Assembly: GCA_934247115.1 (NCBI GenBank)
Contig: CAKQIY010000011.1
Coordinates: 449 to 64,448 of the forward strand
Length of the DNA: 64,000 bases
Direction: 5' to 3'
DNA from: an uncultured Coprococcus sp.
Lineage (GTDB): Bacteria; Bacillota; Clostridia; Lachnospirales; Lachnospiraceae
Shown piece after piece: positions 10,265 to 19,503 of this stretch (positions are counted from its first letter, which is position 1; each line of letters opens with the position of its first letter). Made by a program: the position numbers and the translations under genes. Below the pieces are notes generated by a model. It had not been told where the DNA came from. It did no database searches and saw only the letters and a list, made by a program, of their open reading frames with translations.

Positions 10265-12829
10265 ATGGCTACTATTAAAGGTATAAAGAATCGTCTTGGT
10301 GCGGCTGGAAGAGCGCTGAGTGGAGAATACACATTCGGCGATGGACAGAAGCAGGACGGAAAACTTGATTCATCCAACAGGATGAAGGCAGCCCGCAGGG
10401 CACTTGGGGGAGATTACGCCCTCAGTGAGGGAAAGCCCGTGGTGAAGGTTAATCCTGTTGAGATTAAGAGGAATGCAATTTATGACACTCCGGAGGAGAT
10501 TCAGCAGGCTGTTGACCAGGAAGCTGATCTGGAGAGAAAAGAAAGAAAGGAGAAGCTTATAAGCGACTGGAGAAACAGTGCGATCAGGGATGACAGTGAC
10601 AAGACGGTGGGCTGTCTGGATCCTGATTACTGTTGTGGCTGTGGAGCGTGTTCAAGCGTATGCCCTACAGGTGCCATAAGCATGGAGTATGATGCAGAGG
10701 GATTCCTTGCACCGGTTATTGATATGGATAAGTGTACACAGTGTGGTTTGTGTAAGAAGATATGTCCATCGATCAATATAAGATATGACAATTTCACGGA
10801 ACCATCATGCTATGCTGCATATGCAAGTGATGAGATAAGGGAGAAGAGCTCCTCAGGTGGTATATTCACACTGCTTGCAGAGTTTGCATTTGAGCAGGGT
10901 GGCGTTGTGTGTGGAGCCGGATATACAGATGATTTTAAGGTCGAGCACTTTATTATAGAGAGCCCGGATGATCTTGATAAGCTCAGAAAATCCAAATATG
11001 TCCAGGCAGACGCGTCCAAGATATATGCGGATGTGAAGAGAATATTAAAAGAGGGCAGAACTGTACTGTTCTGCGGATGTGGATGTCAGGTTGCAGGACT
11101 TTATGCAACATTGAAGAACGTTGACATATCAAACCTTTATACGATCGACCTGATGTGTCATGGAGGTCCGTCGCCAAAGCTGTTCGATGATTATCTTAAC
11201 AGGTATCATGGCAAGAATGAGGGCAAGGTGGCTGAGGTAGGCTTCAGAGACAAGGATTACTTTGGTTGGTCTACAGAGATGACTGTTAAGTACACAGATG
11301 GTACAGTATATCACAGAACAAGGACACTTGATCCGTTCTACAAGGCATTCCTGCCATGTATATCAACAAGAAAATTCTGCGGCCACTGTGCATTTGCAAA
11401 ACTTCCAAGACAGGGAGATATAACCCTGGCAGATTTCTGGGGAGTAGCAAAGTATAACAGTGCATATACAGATGGCAAGGGTACATCTATCGTGTCAGTG
11501 AACAGCGAGCAGGGCGTTAAGATATTCGAGGCAATTGCTTCCAGGCTGCTTCTCAATAAGCCGCTTCCGCTCAGGGATGTGCTGGGCACAGGACAGCCAT
11601 TTGACCACTGTTTCAAGAGCCATCCGGCAAGACAGCGTTACTTTGAGCAGATTGCCAATGGCGCTGCCATGGAGAAGGCATTTGACTATGCGGTCAGAGG
11701 CAAGTATGACGTAGGTATATATGGTGTATGGTTTGGAACGAACTATGGAAGCGTTGCAACATACTATGCGCTGCATCAGATAATACGTTCATTTGGCCTG
11801 TCGGTTCTCATGATCGATAAGCCGGGCTCAGGAAGAGATGTGGAGGTGGAGGACAATCATGCGAGAAGATTCTCCAATGCACATTATCATATAAGCAAGA
11901 GATATACCATAAGGGATCTCAGGCAGCTCAATTCAATAGTTGATACATTCATCATGGGATCTGATCAGGTATGGAACAGAGGAATAAGCAAGGGCTTCGG
12001 ATATTCATTCTACTTTGATTTTGTAGATCCGGATAAGAAGAAGATTGCGTTTTCAGCTTCATTTGGACATGGAAAAGACTTCTGTAACGTGCAGGACAGA
12101 GATACGATCTCAGAGTATATGCATAGATTTGATGGAATATCACTCAGGGAGACAAGTGGTGTCCGGATATGTAAGGATGTGTACAATGTTGATTCAGTCA
12201 GAGTTCTGGATCCTGTATTCGTAGCAGAGAGAAGTGAATTCGATGCACTGGCTGACCAGGCAAAGAAAAAGCACGAGGGCAAGTACATGCTTGCATATAT
12301 ACTTGATCCTACACCTGAGAAGAGAGCTGCTGTGGTTGAGGTATCAGAGAAGCTTGGACTTGAGGTAGTAGTTCTCCTTGATGGACGTCCAAAGGACCCT
12401 AAGAAGAACAGAGAGATCATGGATATGGACGATAAGATTGTTGACGATATAACAGTTGAGGACTGGCTGAATTTCTTCAGAAATGCTGAATTTGTTGTTA
12501 CAGATTCTTGTCATGGAATCAGCTTCTCACTTGTATTCGAGAGAAATTTTATTGGACTGGCAAACAGATCAAGAGGAATAACAAGGTTTGAGTCGCTTGT
12601 GGATGTATTCCAGGTAAGAGAGCATTATGTACATGAGGCTACAGAGATCATGGGCAACGATGATCTGTTAAAGCCTGTTGATTACAGCAAGGTAAACAGC
12701 ATACTTCTGTCTGAGAGGGAGAGATCACTGGCGTGGTTGAAGGAAGTGCTGTTCAGCCCTAAGGTAGTAGACGGATACAAAGCGTATCCGATGATAGACA
12801 AGAGTTTGACAGAGGATAAGGAGGATTAG
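10265..12829 (+). CDS. Fusion protein: 2x[4Fe-4S] ferredoxin, FrhB-like (F420 hydrogenase/dehydrogenase beta-like) and polysaccharide pyruvyl transferase
   Basis: 854 aa. Cys clusters CCGCGACSSVCP and CTQCGLCKKICP. FrhB-like SSGGIFT. C-terminal pyruvyl-transferase motifs GSDQVWN and VTDSCHGISF. Confidence 0.8.
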   Translation: MATIKGIKNRLGAAGRALSGEYTFGDGQKQDGKLDSSNRMKAARRALGGDYALSEGKPVVKVNPVEIKRNAIYDTPEEIQQAVDQEADLERKERKEKLISDWRNSAIRDDSDKTVGCLDPDYCCGCGACSSVCPTGAISMEYDAEGFLAPVIDMDKCTQCGLCKKICPSINIRYDNFTEPSCYAAYASDEIREKSSSGGIFTLLAEFAFEQGGVVCGAGYTDDFKVEHFIIESPDDLDKLRKSKYVQADASKIYADVKRILKEGRTVLFCGCGCQVAGLYATLKNVDISNLYTIDLMCHGGPSPKLFDDYLNRYHGKNEGKVAEVGFRDKDYFGWSTEMTVKYTDGTVYHRTRTLDPFYKAFLPCISTRKFCGHCAFAKLPRQGDITLADFWGVAKYNSAYTDGKGTSIVSVNSEQGVKIFEAIASRLLLNKPLPLRDVLGTGQPFDHCFKSHPARQRYFEQIANGAAMEKAFDYAVRGKYDVGIYGVWFGTNYGSVATYYALHQIIRSFGLSVLMIDKPGSGRDVEVEDNHARRFSNAHYHISKRYTIRDLRQLNSIVDTFIMGSDQVWNRGISKGFGYSFYFDFVDPDKKKIAFSASFGHGKDFCNVQDRDTISEYMHRFDGISLRETSGVRICKDVYNVDSVRVLDPVFVAERSEFDALADQAKKKHEGKYMLAYILDPTPEKRAAVVEVSEKLGLEVVVLLDGRPKDPKKNREIMDMDDKIVDDITVEDWLNFFRNAEFVVTDSCHGISFSLVFERNFIGLANRSRGITRFESLVDVFQVREHYVHEATEIMGNDDLLKPVDYSKVNSILLSERERSLAWLKEVLFSPKVVDGYKAYPMIDKSLTEDKED

Positions 12830-12834
12830 GGAAC

Positions 12835-13935
12835 ATGGCAAAGTATGATTATCTTATAGTCGGAGCCGGACTGTTTGGTGCGGTGTTCGCGTATGAGGCA
12901 CAGAAGAGAGGCAAGAGCTGTCTTGTGATCGACAAGCGTTCACACATTGCAGGCAATATCTACACAGAGCAGATTGAGGGAATCAATGTACACAAATATG
13001 GTGCCCACATATTCCACACTTCAGATAAGAAGATATGGGAGTATGTAAATCAGTTCGCTGAGTTTAACAACTATATCAATTCACCTGTGGCATCATATAA
13101 GGATGAGTTGTATAATCTGCCATTCAATATGAACACATTCAGCAAGATGTGGGGAATCAAGAAGCCTTCAGAGGCAAAGGCTATCATCGAGAAGCAGATT
13201 GCAGACCTTAACATCGGTGAGCCAAAGAATCTTGAGGAGCAGGCCCTCAAGCTTGCTGGTACAGATGTGTATGAGAAGCTTGTCAAGGGATATACAGAGA
13301 AACAGTGGGGAAGACCATGTACAGAGCTTCCTGCATTCATCATCAAGAGACTGCCTCTGAGATTCATATACGACAACAACTACTTCAATGACCGTTTCCA
13401 GGGAATACCAATGGGCGGATACACACAGATCATTGAAAAGATGCTTGAGGGTGCAGAGGTCAAGACTGACACGGATTACTTCGATTTCATCAAGGATAAT
13501 CCTGACATTGCAGACAAGACCGTATACACAGGTATGATCGACGAGTTCTTTGGATTCCAGTATGGCCCACTTGAGTATCGTTCAGTAAGATTCGAGACAG
13601 AGGTACTTGATGAGGAGAACTATCAGGGAAATGCTGTTGTGAACTACACACACAGAGATGTTCCATACACAAGAATCATCGAGCACAAGCACTTTGAGTT
13701 TGGCAAGCAGCCAAAGACAGTTATCAGCCGTGAGTACTCAGCTGAGTGGAAGCCTGGCGTAGAGCCATACTACCCTGTAAATAATGACAAGAACAATGCA
13801 CTTTATGAGAAGTACAGAGAACTTGCAGAGACTCGCAAGGATGTAATATTCGGTGGAAGACTTGGACAGTATAAGTACTATGATATGGATAAGGTAATCG
13901 CTGCCGCACTTGAGTGTGTGGAGGCTGAGTTCTGA
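12835..13935 (+). CDS. glf: UDP-galactopyranose mutase
   Basis: 366 aa. FAD motif YDYLIVGAGLFGAVFA. HKYGAHIFHT and the C-terminal GRLGQYKYYDMD are typical of Glf. Confidence 0.93.
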   Translation: MAKYDYLIVGAGLFGAVFAYEAQKRGKSCLVIDKRSHIAGNIYTEQIEGINVHKYGAHIFHTSDKKIWEYVNQFAEFNNYINSPVASYKDELYNLPFNMNTFSKMWGIKKPSEAKAIIEKQIADLNIGEPKNLEEQALKLAGTDVYEKLVKGYTEKQWGRPCTELPAFIIKRLPLRFIYDNNYFNDRFQGIPMGGYTQIIEKMLEGAEVKTDTDYFDFIKDNPDIADKTVYTGMIDEFFGFQYGPLEYRSVRFETEVLDEENYQGNAVVNYTHRDVPYTRIIEHKHFEFGKQPKTVISREYSAEWKPGVEPYYPVNNDKNNALYEKYRELAETRKDVIFGGRLGQYKYYDMDKVIAAALECVEAEF

Positions 13936-13964
13936 TAATATCAGCAGGTATATAAGAGATAAAG

Positions 13965-14007
13965 CAGGCACATATATGGTTATGGCAGAACCGTATATGT
14001 GCCTGTT
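13965..14007 (+). terminator. Hairpin after glf (weak terminator)
   Basis: caggcacatatatgg pairs with ccgtatatgtgcctg. The T-tract is poor (ttctgtc). Confidence 0.35.
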
Positions 14008-14113
14008 CTGTCATAAAATGTATGTACACATTATTCATAACGTGATAAAATTACAATAATTATGGGTATATACCCAGGGGGTAATGAAAAATTAAGGGTA
14101 AAGGGCGTATATT

Positions 14114-17100
14114 ATGATGAAAAGAAAGAGGATTGCTGTACTCACGGCGGAAGCTGATGAGTACACACAAGGTAGATTCCTCTCAGGTTTTTTTGGGAAA
14201 GCCTTTGAATTGGGGTATGATGTGTGTGTTTTCTCAATGTATCTGAAGTGCCAGGATACAAACAGCCGTGAGATAGGAGATTCCAATATATTTAACCTGG
14301 TGGAGTTTGACAGATATGATGCAGTGGTCATATTCACAGACAGGATCAGGACTCCGGGCACGGCGGAGGGACTTCTATGGAGAGTAAAGCAGGAGTTTCA
14401 TGGTCCTGTGCTCATCATGGAGGACAAGATAGAAGAATATAATTCTGTGAATATAGATCACAGGGACAATATATGCAGAGTGACAGACCATCTGATAGAG
14501 GTTCATGGGTGCAGGGATATAGTCATGCTTGATGGCAGGAAAGATAATGTGAATTCTGACCAGAAAAAGCAGGGATTTCTGGACAGCATGGGGATGCATG
14601 GTCTTGATTGCAATGAAGAAAATATATACTACGGCAATGACTGGTATGACTCTGGCCGCAGTGTGGCAGCGGAGCTGTGCGATAACAGGGAAAGTCTTCC
14701 GGACGCGGTGGTGTGTGCTTCTGACTATATGGCGATAGGCCTGGCATCTGAGCTGGAACACAGGGGGATACGTGTGCCTGAGGATATAGCAGTTACAGGA
14801 TATGATGCATCAGATATGAACGATGAGCGGGCGGTACCACTGACCTCTGTGGATATTCCGGCCAGAGAGGATGGTATATACGCGGCAGACTGGATCGATG
14901 CACAGCTCACAGGCAGAGAGATGAAAGTGCAGAGAAGCCGTTCAGCCATACATATAGGAAGAAGCTGTGGGTGCAGCAGATGTGTAGGCCGACAGCCTAT
15001 GGCGGATTATAAGATATGGGATATAGGCAGCCAGATGGGCGGCTGTGATTCATACTACAATCACATGATGGAGGACTTGTTGTCACAGAGGGACTACAGG
15101 GGATTCTACAATACCATATTCCAGTATGCGAATCCAGATGGTGGTTTTGGACGTTTCAGTCTGTGTATGAATGAGTACTGGAATTCACCTGATGTGATGA
15201 TAGGGACACATGCCCTCAGAGTGGGATATACCAAGAACATGTACAGGATCATCAGACGCGGTGAGAGCGACAGGGATAACGCTATAGATTTCGATGACTG
15301 CTTCGATGTGTCCAGACTTATACCGGAGCTGGACGAGGACAGAGAAGATCCGGAGGCGTATGTATTTACACCTATCAATTTCGATGACAGATGTTTTGGA
15401 TATGCGGTTGTGAGCCATGGGCGTGAATGTAAGGGCTATGACAGCCAGTACAGGAACTGCCTGAAGCAGATCATGCAGGGGCTGGAAGCCTTTTATAGAC
15501 AGGCAAGCCTGCAGAAGCTTCTCGATAAGATGAATGCATCGCAGATAAGAGATGATCTTACTGGTGTATATAATTACAATGGCTTTCTCAGCAGATGCCG
15601 GAGCATGTGTGACGAAGCGATCGTCCATGGAAGGAGTATTATGCTCCTTGCAATAGATATGAAGGGACTTGGACAGATCAATGCCAGATTTGGCAGAAAG
15701 ACCGGAGATGAGACGATACAGTCCCTGGCAGACATGATAATTTCCTCCATAGATAAGACGGATGTATGTATGAGAATGTGCAACGATGAGTTCATAGTGG
15801 CATTACAGGTGGATGATAGAGCCCAGGATCATGTTCACGACATAGTCAGACAGGTGGAGGAGAAGGCAGCACTGTTCAATGCTGTGAATAAAGAGGACTT
15901 TACCATGGATGTGTGCTCGGCGTTTGAGCAGGTGATGGTTACCGGAGCCGAGGAGCTTGATAAGCACATCAATAACCTCATAAGCCGAAAGAACAGCGAG
16001 AAGATGAAGGAGTACATAGAGAACAGCCGCAATTCAGCTCTCTCCCAGGAGGATATAGAGAATGACAGACTGGTGGCAGATATACTCGACAACAATCTCC
16101 TCACATACCACTTCCAGCCTATAGTCAATGCGAGAACAGGACAGATATATGCATATGAGGTGCTCATGAGATCCACTTCAGAGAAGTATATTTCACCGCT
16201 TGATATAATACAGAGTGCGGAGCGAATAGGAAGACTGAGTGATGTGGAGAGATCCACATTCATCAATGTGCTTCAGATCATAGACGAGAGGGAGGAAGAG
16301 GTTGCCGGAAGGAAGATATTCCTCAACAGTATTCCTGGTTGTAGACTCTCCAGGGAGGACACTGCGGTCATAGAGGATAAGCTCAGACGCAGAGGCGGAC
16401 AGGTTGTTGTGGAATTTACAGAAGAGGCCGAGATGAGTGATGACAGGCTTCAGGAGATCAAGGATAAATATGTAAGGATGAATATAGAGACTGCCATAGA
16501 TGATTATGGTGCAGGATACTCCAATGTCAACAATCTTCTCAGATACATGCCACGCTATGTGAAGATTGACCGCATGCTTATGACCAATATTCACGAGGAT
16601 CCACAGAAGCAGCATTTTGTTAAGGATATTATTGAATTTGCACATGACAATGATATAGTCACTCTGGCGGAGGGCGTTGAGCTGGATGTTGAGCTCAAGG
16701 AGGCCATACGTCTCGGTGCAGATCTGATACAGGGATATTATACAGCCAAACCATCGGCTGAGGCTGTGCAGGAGATAGACAAACGCGTCGTAACAGAGAT
16801 TGTCCAGTACAACCAGAACGAGATAACGAAGTATGGCAAGAAGACATACGTTATCACGGATGAGAATGAGATATCCATGGTACAGCTGGCATTTAATAAG
16901 TACACGGCGCTCGATTTTAAGAAGGTAGATGATCAGTACAAATATATCAACATGACAGGAACGCCTGGATTCAAATCCAACATGCTCATAACCATAGGAG
17001 ATGGCTTCCGGGGAGAACTCCGGATCGATGGTATCAGTCTGGGTGGAGAAAAAGGCATTCCGTGTATCAGTATTGGAGAGAACTGTGATGTGAGGATTGT

Positions 17101-17917
17101 ACTCTTTGGTGATAATGAATTCCGTACAGGAGGAATACAGGTAGCAGAGTCGTCCAGATTCGAGCTTGCGGGTGACGGCGATCTGAGGATAACCCTTGCA
17201 GGAGGCAGGTATTTTGGAATAGGTAATGATCTTGCATCCAGACACGGCGATCTGTATTTCAATCAGGATGGAACTTTGTCCATAACGGCTACGGGAATGC
17301 GAGGAGTAGGTATAGGCTCAGGACTCGGTGGCAATATACATATCGGCCATGGAAGGTACGAGATAGACCAGCGAGGTCAGGAGGGCGTGGTTATAGGTTG
17401 TGTTGACGATGACTGCCGGCTTCATATAGAGAACTGTGATATAGAGATATACAATGGAATCGCCAGAAGTGTTACTGTTGGTTCATACAATGGGGATGCA
17501 GATATAGAGATAGAGAATATATCGGGCAAGATATCCGGAGCTTCCATCTCAACTGCGGTCATAGGAACCATGTGTGGACAGCAATGTCATGTACGGATGC
17601 AGAATGTGAATGTGACCATGAATATAAGATCAAATGAATGCTATGGAATCGGATGCCGGCAGGGATATACTGATATATCCATACAATATGCTTATGTAAA
17701 GGTTGTGGCACAGGGAAAAGAAGCGTATGCCATGGGCAACGGAAGCCACAGTGCGAAGCTTCTGTTCTCCAATTCAGATATCAATACGCAGGTGGTCAAC
17801 AGCGTCGGTATGGATATCGGAGCTCAGGAGGATGATATAAAGATAGGCAACGGAAGAGTGAGCTTTATGGTCAATGGAATCACAAGGGAGAGAGAAGTGC
17901 ACATGGCAGATCTGTAG
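14114..17917 (+). CDS. Cytoplasmic multidomain c-di-GMP protein: LacI-type sugar-binding (PBP) domain, degenerate GGDEF, EAL phosphodiesterase, and a roughly 350-400 aa repetitive C-terminal domain
   Basis: 1267 aa with no TM segment or HTH. GGDEF position reads CNDEF (15779-15793). EAL motifs are EVL (16157-16165), DDYGAGYSN, KIDR, EGVE and QGYY. The C-terminus has a repeat of about 28 aa. Confidence 0.85.
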   Translation: MMKRKRIAVLTAEADEYTQGRFLSGFFGKAFELGYDVCVFSMYLKCQDTNSREIGDSNIFNLVEFDRYDAVVIFTDRIRTPGTAEGLLWRVKQEFHGPVLIMEDKIEEYNSVNIDHRDNICRVTDHLIEVHGCRDIVMLDGRKDNVNSDQKKQGFLDSMGMHGLDCNEENIYYGNDWYDSGRSVAAELCDNRESLPDAVVCASDYMAIGLASELEHRGIRVPEDIAVTGYDASDMNDERAVPLTSVDIPAREDGIYAADWIDAQLTGREMKVQRSRSAIHIGRSCGCSRCVGRQPMADYKIWDIGSQMGGCDSYYNHMMEDLLSQRDYRGFYNTIFQYANPDGGFGRFSLCMNEYWNSPDVMIGTHALRVGYTKNMYRIIRRGESDRDNAIDFDDCFDVSRLIPELDEDREDPEAYVFTPINFDDRCFGYAVVSHGRECKGYDSQYRNCLKQIMQGLEAFYRQASLQKLLDKMNASQIRDDLTGVYNYNGFLSRCRSMCDEAIVHGRSIMLLAIDMKGLGQINARFGRKTGDETIQSLADMIISSIDKTDVCMRMCNDEFIVALQVDDRAQDHVHDIVRQVEEKAALFNAVNKEDFTMDVCSAFEQVMVTGAEELDKHINNLISRKNSEKMKEYIENSRNSALSQEDIENDRLVADILDNNLLTYHFQPIVNARTGQIYAYEVLMRSTSEKYISPLDIIQSAERIGRLSDVERSTFINVLQIIDEREEEVAGRKIFLNSIPGCRLSREDTAVIEDKLRRRGGQVVVEFTEEAEMSDDRLQEIKDKYVRMNIETAIDDYGAGYSNVNNLLRYMPRYVKIDRMLMTNIHEDPQKQHFVKDIIEFAHDNDIVTLAEGVELDVELKEAIRLGADLIQGYYTAKPSAEAVQEIDKRVVTEIVQYNQNEITKYGKKTYVITDENEISMVQLAFNKYTALDFKKVDDQYKYINMTGTPGFKSNMLITIGDGFRGELRIDGISLGGEKGIPCISIGENCDVRIVLFGDNEFRTGGIQVAESSRFELAGDGDLRITLAGGRYFGIGNDLASRHGDLYFNQDGTLSITATGMRGVGIGSGLGGNIHIGHGRYEIDQRGQEGVVIGCVDDDCRLHIENCDIEIYNGIARSVTVGSYNGDADIEIENISGKISGASISTAVIGTMCGQQCHVRMQNVNVTMNIRSNECYGIGCRQGYTDISIQYAYVKVVAQGKEAYAMGNGSHSAKLLFSNSDINTQVVNSVGMDIGAQEDDIKIGNGRVSFMVNGITREREVHMADL

Positions 17918-18030
17918 ATCACGTATGTACAGGACAAGGTTAATGTTATTTAATATTGTGTTGTATCAGATTGTGAAGTATAATACTGCCGTTTGATAGA
18001 CAGTACAATAATAGATGAGAGAGATAAGAT

Positions 18031-19461
18031 ATGGTTTTTTCAAGTTTGATATTTTTATTTGTATTCCTTACTGCGAATCTGATTGTGTATTTTGCAGTGA
18101 GCCCAAAGAACCGCAATAAGACATTGCTTATATTTTCACTTGTTTTCTATGCATGGGGTGGACCTCGGTATCTGCTTTTGCTGGCAGGCGAGACGCTGGT
18201 GAGCTGGTTGTTCGCTATAAAGATAGACGAGTCACGCGCCGGATACACCAAGAGGTCAGAGAAGTTCTACCTTGTGTGTGACCTTGTGATCATGCTGGGA
18301 TGCCTTGCTATTTTCAAATATCTTGGTTTTTTCCTTGGAAACATCAAGGGGATATTCGGAGTGCCTAAGGTTGTTCCAGAGATAGTACTACCTATAGGAA
18401 TATCATTCTATACATTCCAGCTTATATCGTATGTCGTGGATGTGTACAGGAGCCAGGTGCGACCTCAGAAAGAATACTGGAAGCTGCTCCTGTATTCGAG
18501 TCTGTTCCATCAGTGTATAGCTGGTCCTATCGTGCGTTATGAGACCGTTGCTGATGAGATAGAGAACAGAGAGATAAAATCCAATGACATATACATGGGA
18601 GTTCGTAGATTCACAGTTGGCCTTGCCAAGAAGGCCGTTCTTGCCAATTCATGCGCAAGCATCGCTGATACGCTTCTTCCGGCAGGAGTGGAAAGTCTGA
18701 AGATGCAGACAACTTTTGGAATGTGGCTTGGTATGATTGCATATATGCTGCAGATATATCTTGATTTCTCTGCATATTCAGATATGGCGATAGGTATGGG
18801 TCGTATGGTTGGATTCCATTACGATGAGAATTTCAATTATCCATATATGGCTACATCAGTTAATAACTTCTGGAGAAGATGGCATATCTCGCTGAGCTCA
18901 TTTTTCAGGGATTATGTGTATATACCACTGGGCGGTAACCGCTGTGGTACCGGTAAGTATATAAGAAATATGGCGATAGTATGGTTCCTGACGGGAATGT
19001 GGCATGGTGCCAGCTGGAATTATATATTCTGGGGCCTTTATTATCTGGCGTTCCTGCTGCTGGAGAAGTTCTATCTCGGTGGCCGCCTGGGACCTGTGGC
19101 ATCACGTATCTATACACTGCTGGTTATCCTGTTTGGATGGGTTATATTCAAGTTTGAGAGTCTTTCTGAGCTGGGAACAGTTCTTATAGGCATGTTTGGA
19201 ATTGGCAATGCAGGTTTTGCCAATATGGCGGTGGGAACAGTATTCCTCAAGAATATGTTCTTCCTGATATTTGCATGTATTGCATGTACAGATCTTGGTA
19301 AGCGTATCAGAAAGACCTCAATAGAACTGGGCAAGGTACATCCAGTTATATTCAAGGTACACAATGTATGTGAGATGCTCACACCAGCAATACTTCTCAT
19401 AGTGTCAGTCCTGGCACTTGTCGGAGCAAGCTACAATCCATTCCTGTATTTCCAGTTCTAG
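18031..19461 (+). CDS. MBOAT family O-acyltransferase (AlgI/DltB-like)
   Basis: 476 aa, polytopic. Conserved MBOAT region FWRRWHISLSSFFRDYVYIPLGGNR...WHGASW. Confidence 0.9.
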   Translation: MVFSSLIFLFVFLTANLIVYFAVSPKNRNKTLLIFSLVFYAWGGPRYLLLLAGETLVSWLFAIKIDESRAGYTKRSEKFYLVCDLVIMLGCLAIFKYLGFFLGNIKGIFGVPKVVPEIVLPIGISFYTFQLISYVVDVYRSQVRPQKEYWKLLLYSSLFHQCIAGPIVRYETVADEIENREIKSNDIYMGVRRFTVGLAKKAVLANSCASIADTLLPAGVESLKMQTTFGMWLGMIAYMLQIYLDFSAYSDMAIGMGRMVGFHYDENFNYPYMATSVNNFWRRWHISLSSFFRDYVYIPLGGNRCGTGKYIRNMAIVWFLTGMWHGASWNYIFWGLYYLAFLLLEKFYLGGRLGPVASRIYTLLVILFGWVIFKFESLSELGTVLIGMFGIGNAGFANMAVGTVFLKNMFFLIFACIACTDLGKRIRKTSIELGKVHPVIFKVHNVCEMLTPAILLIVSVLALVGASYNPFLYFQF

Positions 19462-19503
19462 ACCGAAGAAAAGAACTGATACAGAACGTGTGATAGTGGA
19501 GAA

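Noticed and set aside
16193-17245. Long antisense ORFs inside strong genes (16193..17245 -, 20731..21513 -, 35644..36753 -, 38062..38823 -, 43699..44784 -, 56458..57216 -, 61361..62071 -)
   Set aside because: Each lies fully opposite a CDS with clear family motifs. They have low-complexity or odd composition and no RBS. These are typical shadow ORFs.
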